Shown in pieces: positions 39,601-61,800 of a DNA stretch of 64,000 bases. Positions within the stretch are counted from its first letter, which is position 1. Each line of letters begins with the position of its first letter. A program made the translations under genes and the position numbers. The notes beneath the pieces are model-generated. The model was given only the letters and a program-made list of their open reading frames with translations. It did not search any database and had not been told where the DNA came from. The DNA is from Euglena gracilis (taxonomy: Eukaryota): the NCBI GenBank assembly GCA_039621445.1, contig CP154954.1:38487703-38551702 (forward strand). Direction: 5' to 3'.

Positions 39601-42600
39601 GGGTACTGCAAACACGACCACCTCACCCTCCAGCACCCGCAGCTCCTCCAGTTGGTCCCACCGCTGCCTCTCCAGCCAGCAGCAACCACTGCCAGTCGTG
39701 CTTCTCCCGACCACGCAGCTTCCTCCACTGAAGGAGAGGACGCTAGTCAGCAAAGGCCTTTGGGGGTCACACTTCCCGGGGGTCCCGCTTCTTGGCCTCC
39801 AACCAACCTTCCTCGACATCCAACTCGCGACTTTGTGTATTAAATTCGCGGCTCGTTGGATGCCAATCCTTCCAAAGGCGCAGTATGCGCACCCTACACA
39901 TGCGCACATGTGCATTCTCGGATTCACATGCCCTACAAGCATCCACGGATGCACATGCTCATGCACATGCCTACAACCGCAACTACAGTCGCCCGTTTAT
40001 CCCACAACTTAAGATTCCCCCCATAACCTCCCTCTCCCACCAAAGCATCCACTCCAAGGAGTCACTCAGGGAAGACCAGACGAGCCATCGTCGACTCAGG
40101 TACGAAGCAAGCACCAATGTGGAGTCTGTAGGCAGGTATGCAGCAGGGGCACGATACCTTCGGCTCCAGGGGAGTCACACACCTCCCGGAGGGGGACAGA
40201 GAGGTCCAGCACAGCAGCAGAGGCAGAGGCATGGGCAGACATGAAGGGCATGCTGGAGTGGTCTGCGGGGGAGGGAGGGTGTACCCAGCAGTATAGGCCC
40301 AAATATGGACCCTACTTCAGCCATCCAAAAAAAAGCATCGCCCAGCATCGGAACCCCACCTCTGTCTCCAAAAATCCAGCATCACCCAGCATCGCCCAGC
40401 ATCGCCCTGCATCGCCCAGCATCATCAGAGGTGCTTGTTCCAGAGGGAAAGCTGCCGAATTCCTTCATCCATTCCCCTTCGGTCGGCCAACCACATGCAA
40501 CTCGGCCCTGGTCGGCCCTGGTCGGCCCTGGTCGGCCCTGGTCGGCCCTGGTCGGCCCTGGTCGGCCCTGGTCGGCCCTGGTCGGCCCTGGTCGGAACTG
40601 GTCGGCCCTGGTCGGCCGTAGGTGCCTGGTGGGGGGGCCGGATCCGTCCCACCCACCCGGGGTGGGCCCCCCGCCACCCATCGGGTTTCCACAATTCCCG
40701 TCCGGTGGGCTTGCGACGGGGACCGGCGCTGGCCTTCAGTTCCCCCCCTCGAGGGGGGCCGGCCCCCGCGGTCCCGGCGGTGGGCCGCGGGCCGGCGGCG
40801 GCGGCGGTGGTGGGGCGGCGGGGGTCGGCCCCGGGTGGCGGGGCCCGGGGGGCGGCGGGGCTGCCGGGCAGGGACGAGCCGCTGTGGGACCGCGGGAAGC
40901 CGGGGAGGGGGTCCCGGGCGGGGCAGGGCAGTCAGGAGGGGGGGGGGGGCACCGGTGTGCGATGGGGTCCCTCTGGGGGGTGCTTCCTGCCTGGGGTCGA
41001 ATGCTAGAGTTGGCCACTGGGACGTCACTTAGTGACCCCCCCTTGGGGGGGGTCAGCTCAGAAGCTGGAAATTCGGGCTGAGTGGAAGAAGGCTGCTGGC
41101 TGACCACCCCCCCCTCCCGGGGTGGGGACCCATGCTGAAGCTGGCCGAAAACTGGGTCCAACCAGATCGACCACAACTGAAAGTTCCACCACAAATTGAA
41201 AAGGCAGAAAAGCCCAAATTAGCCAGTTATGCAACCTATTGATTTTGAGACCCAAAACTTCAGTTAGGCAGACCAACAAGTCAAGCAGACCAAATGTGGC
41301 CCAGTTTGGCACCTTCCGCGCGGAAGGGGAAGCATGAAAGCTTGTCGATGGGGGGAAAAGGGGGGGTCCAGGGCTGGAAAGAAGCTGTCTGTGAAAAGAC
41401 TGCTGGCTGGCTGGACCCCAGGGGTGGGGTTTCCTTCAGCTTAAGCGACTCCATGCTGTCCACACACGTTGGCACTGCGGCACATTGAGGATGGGGGAGC
41501 GCAGTCCTGTGCCGGACAGCTGCGGGCTGGCCGTGGATGGGGAAGTCTGCCAGGGCGTCAGGGACGGACGCGGAGGGCGGGGCGGGGCTCAGCCGGGCCT
41601 TCAGCAGCGCCGGGGAGCGCCGCCGTCGCCCCCGTGCGCCAGCCGGCGCCCCGGCGGCGTAAGTCATGCTTGGGGACAGCCTGGGTGGGTCGAGCCCCCA
41701 CCGACGATGGTGCTGTGCGAGAGAAAAATACTTTTGTCACTAAAAAGAAAACTGAAGACAAACCTGTGGGCCTGGAAAACCGGGGAGAGGGAGGGGCAGC
41801 ACCACAGGGTTGCCGGGGGGGGGGGGGGGGGGAGGGGGGGGGGGCCCAGCGGGGGGGCGGGGGGGGCGCGGCCGGGGCTCTTGGTCGGGGTGGTGGGCTG
41901 CGCCTTGGGGGACGTGAGACCCCTGGCGGGCCCCAGGCCCCCGGCGCCAGGCCGCCAGGGGAGGGCCGTGGCGCCGGGCTTGCCGGGGGGCGCCGGCACG
42001 GGGCCAGGGCGGAGCCGGAAAGCCGGGCAGGGGTGGGGGGCCAAATTCTGCATAACAAGCCCACAGTATCCATGGATATGTGCGCCATTCAACCCCCCCA
42101 ACCCCCCCCCCCCGGTGTTTGCCCAGCTGACCTGTTCCCGGGGGCTGGTTGCACTTGTTGGCACCCCCCATTTTTGGCATTGAGGCAATCTGGCTGTGAA
42201 AATCACGCCCCCCCCCCCCGATTTATACCGTTATTTGGGCACCCAAACTGGGGGTCCAGGGGGGGTATTTGGGCACTGCTGCCTGAACAGGTTCTTCCCG
42301 AACAATGTCCGATATCAGCGTGGAGGATACCTTGTCCAGGAGTGCATCCCTGGCATCTGGAAAGCGCCGCCAAAATGCGGTCAGCCCATTTTTGAAAAAT
42401 GAGCAATTTGGAGCACGAAGCAATGAACCCAAAGAACAAATTGTCTAAGGTCCTCCGTCAATCGGTTCTGACCTTCAAATATATACATATATATGTATAT
42501 ATGTATATATATAAAACCATGTCTGCGTGAGCACTCCTGGACAAGAAATACATCTGCTTATGAACGTTGTGCACGGGGGGTGGGGGTCTCGGTGTCTTAT

Positions 42601-43086
42601 TTGGGCGAATTCGGCCCCCAAGGGGGGTGTTATTTGGGGGGGGGGTTATTTGGGGGGGGGGGGTTAATATAATGCATGTGCATACAAAAAGTTACTGTGA
42701 TTCAACTACGTGTGATACATGAAATTAAACGACTATATAATAATATGAACAACCACACAAAAATATGAAAATAACAGTCGGGGTCAGTGGGGAGGGGGCG
42801 GACATTCGGGAGGCGGGGGGGGGGGACCCCAACCTGTATCAAAGCTTGCAAGAGCAACTCCTTCCCGGCGAGAAACAAATGGGAAAAAATGGACGTTCGA
42901 ACGACAGGCTACGTGGAGTTGCCGGAGTCCTGGGCAGCCCTGGGTGCGGCTCATGAGGAGACTGCCGGCCGGGGCGGCGCTGCGCACAGCGGAGCGAGCT
43001 GGCGCCAGCGCCGGGCCCGTGCGTTGAGGTGGGGGGGGAGGCCAGGGGAATGGCGGCAAGAGGTCCAGCGGAGAACCCCAACAACG

Positions 43087-43176
<90 letters not shown>

Positions 43177-43248
43177 GCGTGCGTGCCTGCATGCGCATGT
43201 GTGTGTATTCACAAACACACCCACACCCACTCGCGCACACAAGCACAC

Positions 43249-43282
<34 letters not shown>

Positions 43283-45310
43283 CTCTCTCTCTAGTTCTCT
43301 CACTCTCGCTTTCGCTCCCAGGCTGCGCATATGTGTGGGGCCAGTGCTGGTCCTCACCTTGTCCGGGGTGGCGGTTCGGCCCATCGGACTGCCGGGGGCG
43401 GGCGGCCGCAACTGGGCCGGGGCCGCGTTGGGGCGGGGGGAGTTGTGGTCGGATGGCGTCCGGCCGCGGGAGGGGCCCGCCGTGGCCTTCGGCACATGGC
43501 CTCGGGCTGGCCGCAGAGCACCGACCATCAACGGAACCGCCAGGCGGGGACACAGGCGGGAAGGGGGAGGGGCGGGAGGCAACGCTCTGGGGGGTCCGGC
43601 GGGGCTGCCCATGCCGTGGGGGGCGGCGTACTGGCGGCCGGTGAGGGGGTGGCGGGACTGGCACACCGCGGACCCGAGCTGGTGGAAGACGAAGAACGCC
43701 CCCTCCACGCCGTAGACCCAGCCGGGGGGCAGGTCGGGGAATGGCGGCGTGGCGCTGCGGCGGCGTCGGGCTGTTTGAGTGAACGGGAAGAAAGATGATA
43801 CGGGAGGATGGGAAACTTCATGGTGAATGGGGGAGAATACGCAGAGAAGTATAAATAGAAAGGCGAGTGTACGGAAATATGAGGAAAGCAGTATGTTCAT
43901 ATGTGGCTGAATGCGTAGTTTCGCATGTTTGTGCACAAATTGCCTTCATCCGTTCCCATCGCAAAGATGTGGTTTGGGGAAACATCAGAAACAGGACTTA
44001 CAATTGAAAAAAAGAAGCATTTCAAGAAAAAGATACGACAAGGGACAGAAAAAATAGATCTGTTTCAACCCAAGGTTGTGGGCAAATCCAAACTGTTCAC
44101 AAGTTTCAAACGCTTGAGTCTGTCCCATCACCTTTGCAAACACCGTCAAAACCTCACAGCACCCACGGAACAGGGTCGTTGCAAAACCCCTCCCCTCTGC
44201 ATGGCTTCCGCAGCCCCACGGAGGCCGTCGCCGGGCGGGGGGCGGCCGGGCCCGAGGCGACGAGGGCGGCCCGGCCCACCCCCGGCTTGCTGGGCGAGTG
44301 GTACTCCTGGCGCGTGGTGGGGTGGGGACAGGGGCGGGGGGGGGGGGGGGGGGGGGGAAGGGATGTGTGGGAAGCCCTGGGGAGGGGGTCTGGACCCCCC
44401 CCAACCCGAAAGGGGCTGGGAAAATTTTTGGTTCTATGAAAAATGGTTCCGGAAACCAGGCCAGTTTTTTGAAGAATTCCTGATTTTTCTTTGAAAAAAA
44501 AATCCAATAATGTTCTTTGTGATTTTTTAATTTTTGAACATCTTTTTTTGTGTGGAAAACACCAAACCATCAAAAAAAAAAGTGCAATGTGTTTAAAAGT
44601 GAGCGAAAAGAGAAAATTTTCTTGCATTTTCTGGCGCTGAGGGAACCAGCCAAGGAGGGGGGGTGGGGGGTCTGGTTCCCCCTCCCAACATCCAGTGGGA
44701 GGGGAGCGGGTCCGGACCCCCCCCCAACCACCTCACCCCCCAGGGTCCGGACCCCCCCCCCCTACCACCCACCTCAAAACCGAAGGGCTTCCCATCTATG
44801 CCTGGGGGAGTCCAGCCCCTCCCAACATCTAGGGGGTGGGAGAGTTGTACCTACCTCCCTCAATGCCAACGGGCTTCCCATACATCCCTGTGGGGGGGGC
44901 TATGGCACGCAAAATGCCAACAACAGAATGAGGAGAGGTTTGCCATCGAAATGCGCCAGGAGAGCGATGCAGGCGCTCCTTACAGACCAACAGAAGCTAA
45001 CTTGGTCGAATGGTTCACTCCCAAATCTCGGCCAAAAATCTGGAACAAAGAAGCCACTCCATCTACTTGAGGAAAGTTGAAAGCGATTGAGAGCAGTCAC
45101 AAGAAGGGAATGAATCATTTCTTTCGGGTGTGTGTTTGTGCGCACGTGCACGTGCGCGTCGCGCAGTGTGCACGCTGTCTCGGTGAGCGCCCTCCCTGGG
45201 TGGCTGAAGGTGGTGGTGGACGACGCCTCGTCCAGGAAGATGTACCGGCCGCTCGTCAGGAGGCGGCACTCCCAGCCCGGCGGCAGCGGCGGGAACGGGT
45301 CTGCCGACAT
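10051..45310 (-). CDS. Probable single large gene: two WW-like domains + long Pro/Ala-rich linker + alpha-kinase domain + Pro-rich tail
   Basis: ATG 45310 ([38 protein letters not shown]); GC-rich exon islands at ~44220-44323, 43350-43760, 42900-43080, 41870-42030, 41480-41660, 40700-40930, 39030-39240, 38537-38890, 34326-34478, 28050-28290, 27280-27530, 26270-26500, 25600-25910, 24860-25000, 23590-23820, 21690-21870, 20800-20940, 20180-20550, 19290-19500, kinase exons 13490-18470, then ~12270-12400, 11660-11860, 10735-10925, 10445-10610, 10051-10200 (..GPMPYYAP*). Continuity across 28.3-38.5 kb is inferred from intron-end pairing; linker frames not fully resolved. Confidence 0.55.
13490..18470 (-). 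CDS. Alpha-kinase (eEF2K/MHCK-type) catalytic domain exons
   Basis: 18305-~18470 [29 protein letters not shown]; ~18080-18128 [15 protein letters not shown]; 17559-~17650 [22 protein letters not shown]; ~17088-17135 [16 protein letters not shown]; 16324-~16400 [25 protein letters not shown]; 15635-15727 [31 protein letters not shown]; 14231-14315 [28 protein letters not shown]; ~13490-13635 [42 protein letters not shown]. Hallmark alpha-kinase motifs (GAxR, QAFSHF, DIQG, TDPQI, HxCNxxC) in order. Confidence 0.95.
14316..15634 (-). other. Nonconventional intron (contains a MITE)
   Basis: 5' AGC-CAGCTCG / 3' CGGGCTG-GGGCC; joins [13 protein letters not shown] in frame. Confidence 0.85.
14860..15431. 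mobile_element. MITE family B, degenerate copy
   Basis: CTAATGTTCGTCTCCG, TTTTGGCC-rich core and GGTGGTCGTTGGACAAG right end as in 33289-33891. Confidence 0.6.
15728..16323 (-). other. Nonconventional intron with non-CAG stem
   Basis: 5' GCC-CGCGGCCCGCCCG / 3' TGGGCGGGCTGCG-GCCGT, same +4/-6 register; joins [12 protein letters not shown]. Confidence 0.75.
17136..17558 (-). other. Nonconventional intron
   Basis: 5' GGC-CAGGGCAGGG / 3' CCCTGCCCTG-GGGGC, perfect 10-bp stem; joins EYFLE|ARMQ in frame. Confidence 0.9.
18477..18960. repeat. (GT)n-type compound microsatellite; similar tracts at 8500-8652, 43088-43280, 46232-46310, 63795-64000
   Basis: Direct inspection. Confidence 0.95.
22970..23466. 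mobile_element. MITE family A, copy 2
   Basis: Same arms and core (aaatgaccaa..caccatctgaaacac..gtgatattgtgcagagc..aaagaaagttcaca) as copy 1. Confidence 0.85.
25101..25512. mobile_element. TA-flanked MITE family B variant
   Basis: TA-Cn-TATGTCCAATGACC ... GGTCGTTGGACATA-Gn-TA. Confidence 0.8.
30066..34028. mobile_element. ~4-kb TIR DNA element with dispersed internal palindromes, no recognisable transposase
   Basis: Perfect 27-bp TIR CCTTAGACGGCCGGGAATGCACTTTTC (30066-30092 / 34002-34028); AAC on both flanks; 13 copies of AATGCGCAnnTGCGCATT-like motif; nested MITE at 33289-33891. Confidence 0.85.
33289..33891. mobile_element. MITE family B nested in the 4-kb element
   Basis: TA-CCTCn-TTGTCCAACGACC ... 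GGTCGTTGGACAA-Gn-ATG-TA; a short sister copy at ~34107-34286. Confidence 0.8.
34827..35129. repeat. GC minisatellite (CCCGGCGG)n variants
   Basis: Direct inspection. Confidence 0.95.
35129..35722. repeat. ~162-bp tandem repeat, ~3.6 copies (resumes at ~36166)
   Basis: GAAAAACGCTC-type unit starts at 35129, 35291, 35451, 35616. Confidence 0.9.
35722..36165. repeat. 19-bp palindromic minisatellite CATCATGGGTCATGATGG(C/G), >20 copies
   Basis: Direct inspection; one inverted unit near 36020. Confidence 0.95.
40502..40616. repeat. 10-bp minisatellite (TCGGCCCTGG)n
   Basis: ~11 copies; shorter runs at 39282-39320, 3763-3790, 27629-27648. Confidence 0.95.
43630..45310 (-). CDS. Two divergent WW-like domains (N-terminal exons)
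   Basis: [40 protein letters not shown] (45202-45310 + 44323 down) and [39 protein letters not shown] (43630-43750): LPPGW, aromatic central strand, terminal HP. Confidence 0.75.
44324..45201 (-). other. Nonconventional intron
   Basis: 5' ACC-CAGGG / 3' CCCTG-TCCCC; joins [11 protein letters not shown] in frame. Confidence 0.8.
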
Positions 45311-46240
45311 CCCGTGCGGCCGCCCGCCGGCCTTTGCTGCACGGGCTGGCCCTGGGGGCCATCTCTGGGGCGGTCGGCTTTCGGGCTGGTGGGAACCGGG
45401 CCGTGCTGTCCCAACCCTGAAATCTGGGGGGGGGCACCAAGAACCCCAACCCGCCATGAAAAGCGGTGGCCAAGGAAAGGCGCCAAACCATCGAAGTCGA
45501 CCCGTTTGCAGCCCAGCGGGGGGGGGGGGGGGCTTCCTGGCCACTTCCAGCCCATCACAAACGTCCCTGGCCCTGGCCCGGCAAGGCAGTGAAATGCTTC
45601 CCTTGGGGAAAAAGACCTTCAGCAAAGGCCTGCCTGGGGGCCCGGCACATCCACCAGGGAGTCGCTGGCGCCGAAGGCAAGGGGCGGCCACGAGAGAAAG
45701 CGACAAAACTCTGCAGACAAGCGGCCAAGGCAAACACTCCGGCAAAAAAAAAACTTACTTTGTTTGGCTCCTGTCCCAAATTGCCTGAATGGGGTGTGAC
45801 AATTGCCCTGAATGACTGGAGGCCCGCAAAGGGGCCCTCCAATAGTACAAAAGCCTTGTTGCTGTGGCAATTTCATCCCACTTCTGGAAATCATGAGGAC
45901 ATGAACCAAGAAAAGAAAGCACTGGATAATGCATATTTCATGTGTTAGTCTTTGCTTCCGCCAATCCAAATGTTGGGTCTCTTGTGTCCGATCGATGCCC
46001 CCCCTTCCCAGGTGGAGAGGACAGTGCTGCATGCTAACTCGGAAAAAACCCACAATAGCATTGGTGTGCGAACATTGGGACAGGAGTAATGTGACGGGTC
46101 CATTAGTAAAAAAAAACCCAAAAAATTGATTTTTATGGGTAATACAGAGATTTGTGCTTTTGGAATTTTCAAATGTGTACGTGTGCATGTATTCAAATGT
46201 GTATTATGTGTTAAATATACATGTATATTAAGATGTGTGC

Positions 46241-46314
<74 letters not shown>

Positions 46315-46727
46315 GTTCACCCCCCAAAACTGGACTTTTTGGTTTACACTGCATGTATCTAGAAGAGCAATGGACCCAAACCAATATTATTATTGACATT
46401 GGTGTGAATGTCAGAAGCAACCATAATATGGTTGGGCCCACTTGGAAAAAAATGGCCCGTCCGCAGTTTTTGGACAGAAAGGACATCTTACGCATATCTT
46501 CCTGCTCTGCCCCAGATTATTTCCCTTTTCCCTCGAAGTCTGGCATCCAAAACTACACACCTTGATACAATCAATGCAAAATTGTATACACATAGCCTAT
46601 TTCGTCTTGGCCGAAGCTCGAATTTTGTTCTGCGCTCATGGATTCAAAGTGGGTCCAAATGCGATCTTTAATTAAAATCGGGCCGTCTGAGGGTATTTCC
46701 CCCCCAAAAAAATTGCGCCAAAACCCA

Positions 46728-47218
46728 TACCCGCCCCCCCCCCCCCCGGCAATTGTCGCGCGACAAATCGGGCAGCACGGAGGGGGGTGACAATTTCCCA
46801 GGGTGACAATTTGGCCGGCACAGAGGGGGGTGACAATTGCCCGGGGGCGTCAATTGCCCGGGGGCGTCAATTGCCTACCCATGTAGACCACATTTAATCC
46901 AAATGACCAAGAACACCATCTGAAACACCAGTGAACATGCAAAAATGCAGCTATGGTTGTGATATTGTGCAGAGCATTTGGTATGTGACATTTCTCAGCA
47001 CGTTGTAGCGAAATAGAAGATCAATTGAGTCGTGCCGGCGAAAAGAAAGTTCACAAACGTCTTCTGTGGGGGGTGACAAATTGGGCAGCACGGAGGGGGG
47101 TGACAATTTCCCGGGGTGACAAATTGGCCGGCACAGCCAGGGGTGACAATTGCCCGGGGGCGTCAATTGCCCAGGGGCGTCAATTACCCGGGGGCGTCAA
47201 TTGCCCGGGGGGGGGGGG
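46728..47218. mobile_element. MITE family A, copy 3
   Basis: Same structure as copies 1-2; right end abuts hAT-like MITE sequence. Confidence 0.85.
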
Positions 47219-47337
47219 ACCCAGCCGGGACCCACCCCCGGGTCGGTCCGGCCCCAAACCCACCCACTGGGGGGGGGGGGTCTGAGTTTAAAAGAAGCGG
47301 CCCGCCGGACCCTCCCCCCAGGAGAAAACCCCCGGTC

Positions 47338-47602
47338 CAGGCTTCTTTTTAAGACCCCCGGGGGGGGGGGAGGGGGGGTCACCCCCACCCACCCAGGGTG
47401 GCGCGGCACCCCCCCGGGGGGGGGGACCCCCCACAAAATCGGGCCCGCTAAAGGCAATTTTCAAAAAATTTCGGCTCTTCGCGCCGAAAAGGTATACCCA
47501 GCGCCTTCGGCGCGGGACCCCCCCCCGGGGGGGGGGGGGGTCCGGCCGGGACCCACCCACCCACCCCCCGGTGGGGGGGCTTCTGGCTTAAAAAGAAGCC
47601 TG
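47338..47602. mobile_element. hAT-like MITE
   Basis: 16-bp TIR CAGGCTTCTTTTTAAG / CTTAAAAAGAAGCCTG; perfect 8-bp TSD CCCCGGTC. Confidence 0.9.
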
Positions 47603-48385
47603 CCCCGGTCGGGAGGACTTGGGAATGGGTGCAAATGATGATTGCAATCCTACCCTCACCCTCCTGGGAAACTGTGATACCAGAGAACCTGTCAGGGTCG
47701 CACCTGGGAAACTGTCAGGCCCCCGCACCGGCCCCCGGTTTAAACCTCACCTCTCCCCCCACTTCTCCCACCAACCCCCCCCCCACCTACAAACCCCCCC
47801 TTGGGCCAACAAACCAAAGGACGACTGACTAACCCCCCCCCCCCCCGGTGAAGAAAAATGAAAAAGACGCCGGGGACGATTTATTTGGTTGCAAGACACC
47901 AACTGATTTTTGTCAATTTTTGTGTTCCCAAGAATCATCATGAAAAATGCCATTTTCGAATTCTGCCAAAAAAAAATGCATTGCAGAGGGGTGTTTTGGG
48001 CATTTTGGGGGGTCGGATTTGACCAACTAACCCCCCCAACTACTAACCACCCACCCCCGCTTCGGCCCAAGCAAACCAGATCGTACTGACCCCAGGGGGT
48101 TAGTCAGTGGGGGGTTAATGATACGATAAGGACTTGTCAGGGGGTGGGGAAAAAAGATGCTAGCTGGACCCCCCGGTGGGGGGTTGGATGCAGGCGTGAA
48201 TGTTAAGAGACACAAAAGTTGCGGAATGAGAAATGCCCCAGCACCAGTGGACACAGACAGCAACGCAGTGGCAGGAAAGAACAGCGATGGTGGAGTGCGG
48301 GTGCCACCCATATGTGTGTGGGGTACGGGGGTGCCACAGGCACACACCCGCCGCCCCTCACCGAGGTGTGTATTGTGCCGGGCTG

Positions 48386-58775
<10,390 letters not shown>

Positions 58776-58784
58776 GGCGTGGCC

Positions 58785-58805
58785 CTGGGAAGAAGAGGCG
58801 GATGA
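58785..58805 (-). promoter_or_regulatory. Candidate splice acceptor (possible spliced-leader trans-splice site) 9 nt upstream of the WD40 gene ATG
   Basis: Minus strand CCGCCTCTTCTTCCCAG|GGCCACGCC-ATG; SL trans-splicing is established for euglenozoans; site use is inferred. Confidence 0.35.
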
Positions 58806-61800
58806 GGCACCGGCCGTTCCCTGAAGCGCCAGCATGGTGGTGTGGGGGTTCTGCAATGTGTGTGCCTTCGAGCCAGAGGTTTTTGGGGGCGGGGGGGGGG
58901 GGGGAACCCCCCAAACCCCCAAAAGTGGGTTGAAAGGGGGTGAAGGAAAGAGGCACATCGGCAGGCAAAAGCCTGGACTGCAAAAACTGCAAAAAAAAAA
59001 TGCCACAGCATAAATACATTTGCACGTTCTGGAAGAGTTTCCGCACTCAAGGCTGCCAGTTGTGGATTGAAAACACACACACACATACAAACCTGGCACA
59101 AAAAAGCTACAGACAATATCTGACAGCCTGCAAAGTTGTTTCAACAAGCATGTGGGGCCGCCATTTTCAGAATGGGCCGCCATTTTCAGAGTGAGGAAGA
59201 AAGAACGAACATTTGCCAAACTTCCATTATTTTCTTAGGGTGAGAACCCCAGCCAAAACAGCCCTACACCGTTCTGGGATTGGACCAAGAATTAAATTCA
59301 CAGTGCAGTGCGAAAGAAAAGTTTTGCCCTGTAAGGCGGAGGGTGAGGTCTCCAAATACTTCCTGGGGAGTCGATGCGGCTTGATGGGTGAAGGGGTCCG
59401 GACCTCTTTCAGTCAACCAGGGACACTTCTTCACCTGTTCTTAATAGGGAAAAGGTCAGGAACAGGAACAGGGTTTGGGTTAGGGTCAGGATTTAGTCCG
59501 TTAGGAGTAAATTTAGGGGTCCCCCTCCCGTTCACTGACCAGGACTGGTCATATGGTTAAGGTTGAAAAGCTTGCCCAAATAATAACCCTCAATGGTTTG
59601 ATTCCCCTTAAATCACCACAGTGCAGAAAAGGTCCCTGTCGTTGCTTATCCATTTCAGTCATCAAAGCAAACACCACTCAGAGCAGTTGTCTGTGAGGGA
59701 TGAAGCTGACGCCTGCAAAAAAAGTAGTGTTTGGAACACGCATAAAGGGTGCGTTTTAAGAATACTTTCCAATGAATCCTGAGTTTGTGAGGAGGTTTTT
59801 GATCAGTGTTAAAAGATAATCAAACCAAAAAAAAACAAGTTTTTTTATGAGCACCGTTTCTGGTCGCGATCCAAATCGCAATACACTCGGAGATCAGACG
59901 AGCCTCGTGTCCTCGCCTCCACGGGCTTCACAGCTGAAAAGCTGCAAAGAGCACAACTGACTGTGGCAGGTGCAATACATCACCTGAAATCCTTAATGCC
60001 ATCTGCCTCTGTTCCCCGGCAACAATGCATGACACCTTTGCAATACACCTCCATATGGAAGGTTTTCCTGTACCGCTTCATTTCACAGGTCCGGAGGCTC
60101 ACATCTTGCCCAGCAGAAGCAAGGCGTATTTACTTTGGCAAAAGAGAGCACATCCGAGGGTTCAGGGTTGGGGGGAGGGTGGCCTTGGGGGGGAGGTGGC
60201 TACGTTGATCCCAGGGGGATGCTACGTTGGTCCCAGGGGAGTGCTGCGTTATGCCCAGGGGAATGCCACACTGGTCCCAAGGAGACCACCTTGGTCTTGG
60301 TGGGATGCCACGTTAGTGGCAAATGGGCAAGCATTTGGCACTGGGAGTCAAAAGGCATTTCCTGTTGTGCCAAAACGAGCCAAAAGTCTCGCCAACAATC
60401 ACGTGAAGGCCAAGTGTTGTGGGGAGCCTTTGGGCCACTGGTGCCCAGCCCCTCTGGACTTTGCTCTGCACAGAATCAGTGCAGTTCCAACAACTGGATA
60501 AGTGGATCTTGTTGTTGTGAGGGTGCCCCAAGAAGAGCATGGATGCTCGTTTGACAAACTGGCGAGGTTTGAAATTGTGCCAGCCTCCGCCAGAGCCCGG
60601 CCGTCGACCTGAGCAAAGAGTGCAAAGAATAGGCACATCTTTGGAGTCAGCAGGCACAACAGGAAAAATGTGATTTAGGCGGCCGATGCCGCCCTGAACA
60701 GGTGGTCGGCTGGGGCCATTGGCGCAACTGCGCAGAAGTACTTTTTACTTGAAGTCGCAACGCCTGGCACTCAAAATCTGCATAATTTACTTCGGGAGGT
60801 GCTTTGACAATTAGAGTGCACCCAGAGCAGGTATCACCGCGGCATAGGGGGCACAGCCGCCCAGCATGTGTGCCAGGGGACCTTCCAACGCCTCATCAAC
60901 GTGGGACGTTGCTGGAAGGATTTGGGGCAGGTGGGCCCAAGCCCTACACGATGCCCACACTGAATTTGAAACAGACCTTTTACGCAACTGTGCAGGGGCC
61001 CTTTCAGATGATGGATTTGCCTAATTATGTGGAAAATTTAACCCATTAAGTTTTATAAAAAAAATGGATTATGACAAAAAGCTCTGCCTTCTGGGCCCGC
61101 ATTTGGGCACAGCAGGGGTGAATTGATATCGGAGGTCGTGGGAAAATTTGCAGAAAATTTGCGGAAAAGTTGTGGAAATTGCGGTTTGGAAATGTGGAGG
61201 GAACGAGAAAATTCACAATTTTTTTCATTTTGCAACATTGGTGTATATGTGTATTTTGAGCTGTTATTCACACTCTTTCCAACAAAAAAAAAATCAAAAA
61301 AAAAACATGCTTCTTGCAGTTTTGGGGAAATACTGATTTTAGAAGTATGAAATTTGTGGCTGAAAATCCGAAAATGACAAAAAATTGACGAAGAATTTGG
61401 TCTCAGGCAAAAATTTGGTCCACGATGCAGAATTTTTCTGAGTCGAAATTATTCTCGGCAGAAATCGGTAATTTTATTTTAGAAAGGCCAAGAAATTGCC
61501 AATTTTTGCCATAATTTAAAAAATTAGAAATTTTGGCAAGCAACAAAAAAAAGCACCTGGTTCTCTGTGGTGAAACGTTTCGCCTTCACTTTCAGGTTCG
61601 TGTGGAAAAAAACTGCGGAAAAATTGCGGGAAATTGAGGAAGTTGCAGGGAAATTGCAGAAAATTGCGGGAAAATGGGGTTATCAATTCCCCCCATCAGG
61701 GGTTTTTTAAAGAACGGGGGGGTCCCCCACCCACCCGCCCCCGGAGGGCACTTTTGGGGGGGGGGGGAGGTATTTTTGAGAGGCGCGACAAAGATAATGC

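Noticed and set aside
59560-61050. Possible decayed gene or transposase upstream of the WD40 gene
   Set aside because: Non-repetitive, but no motif I can recognise in any frame and many stops; needs a translated search.
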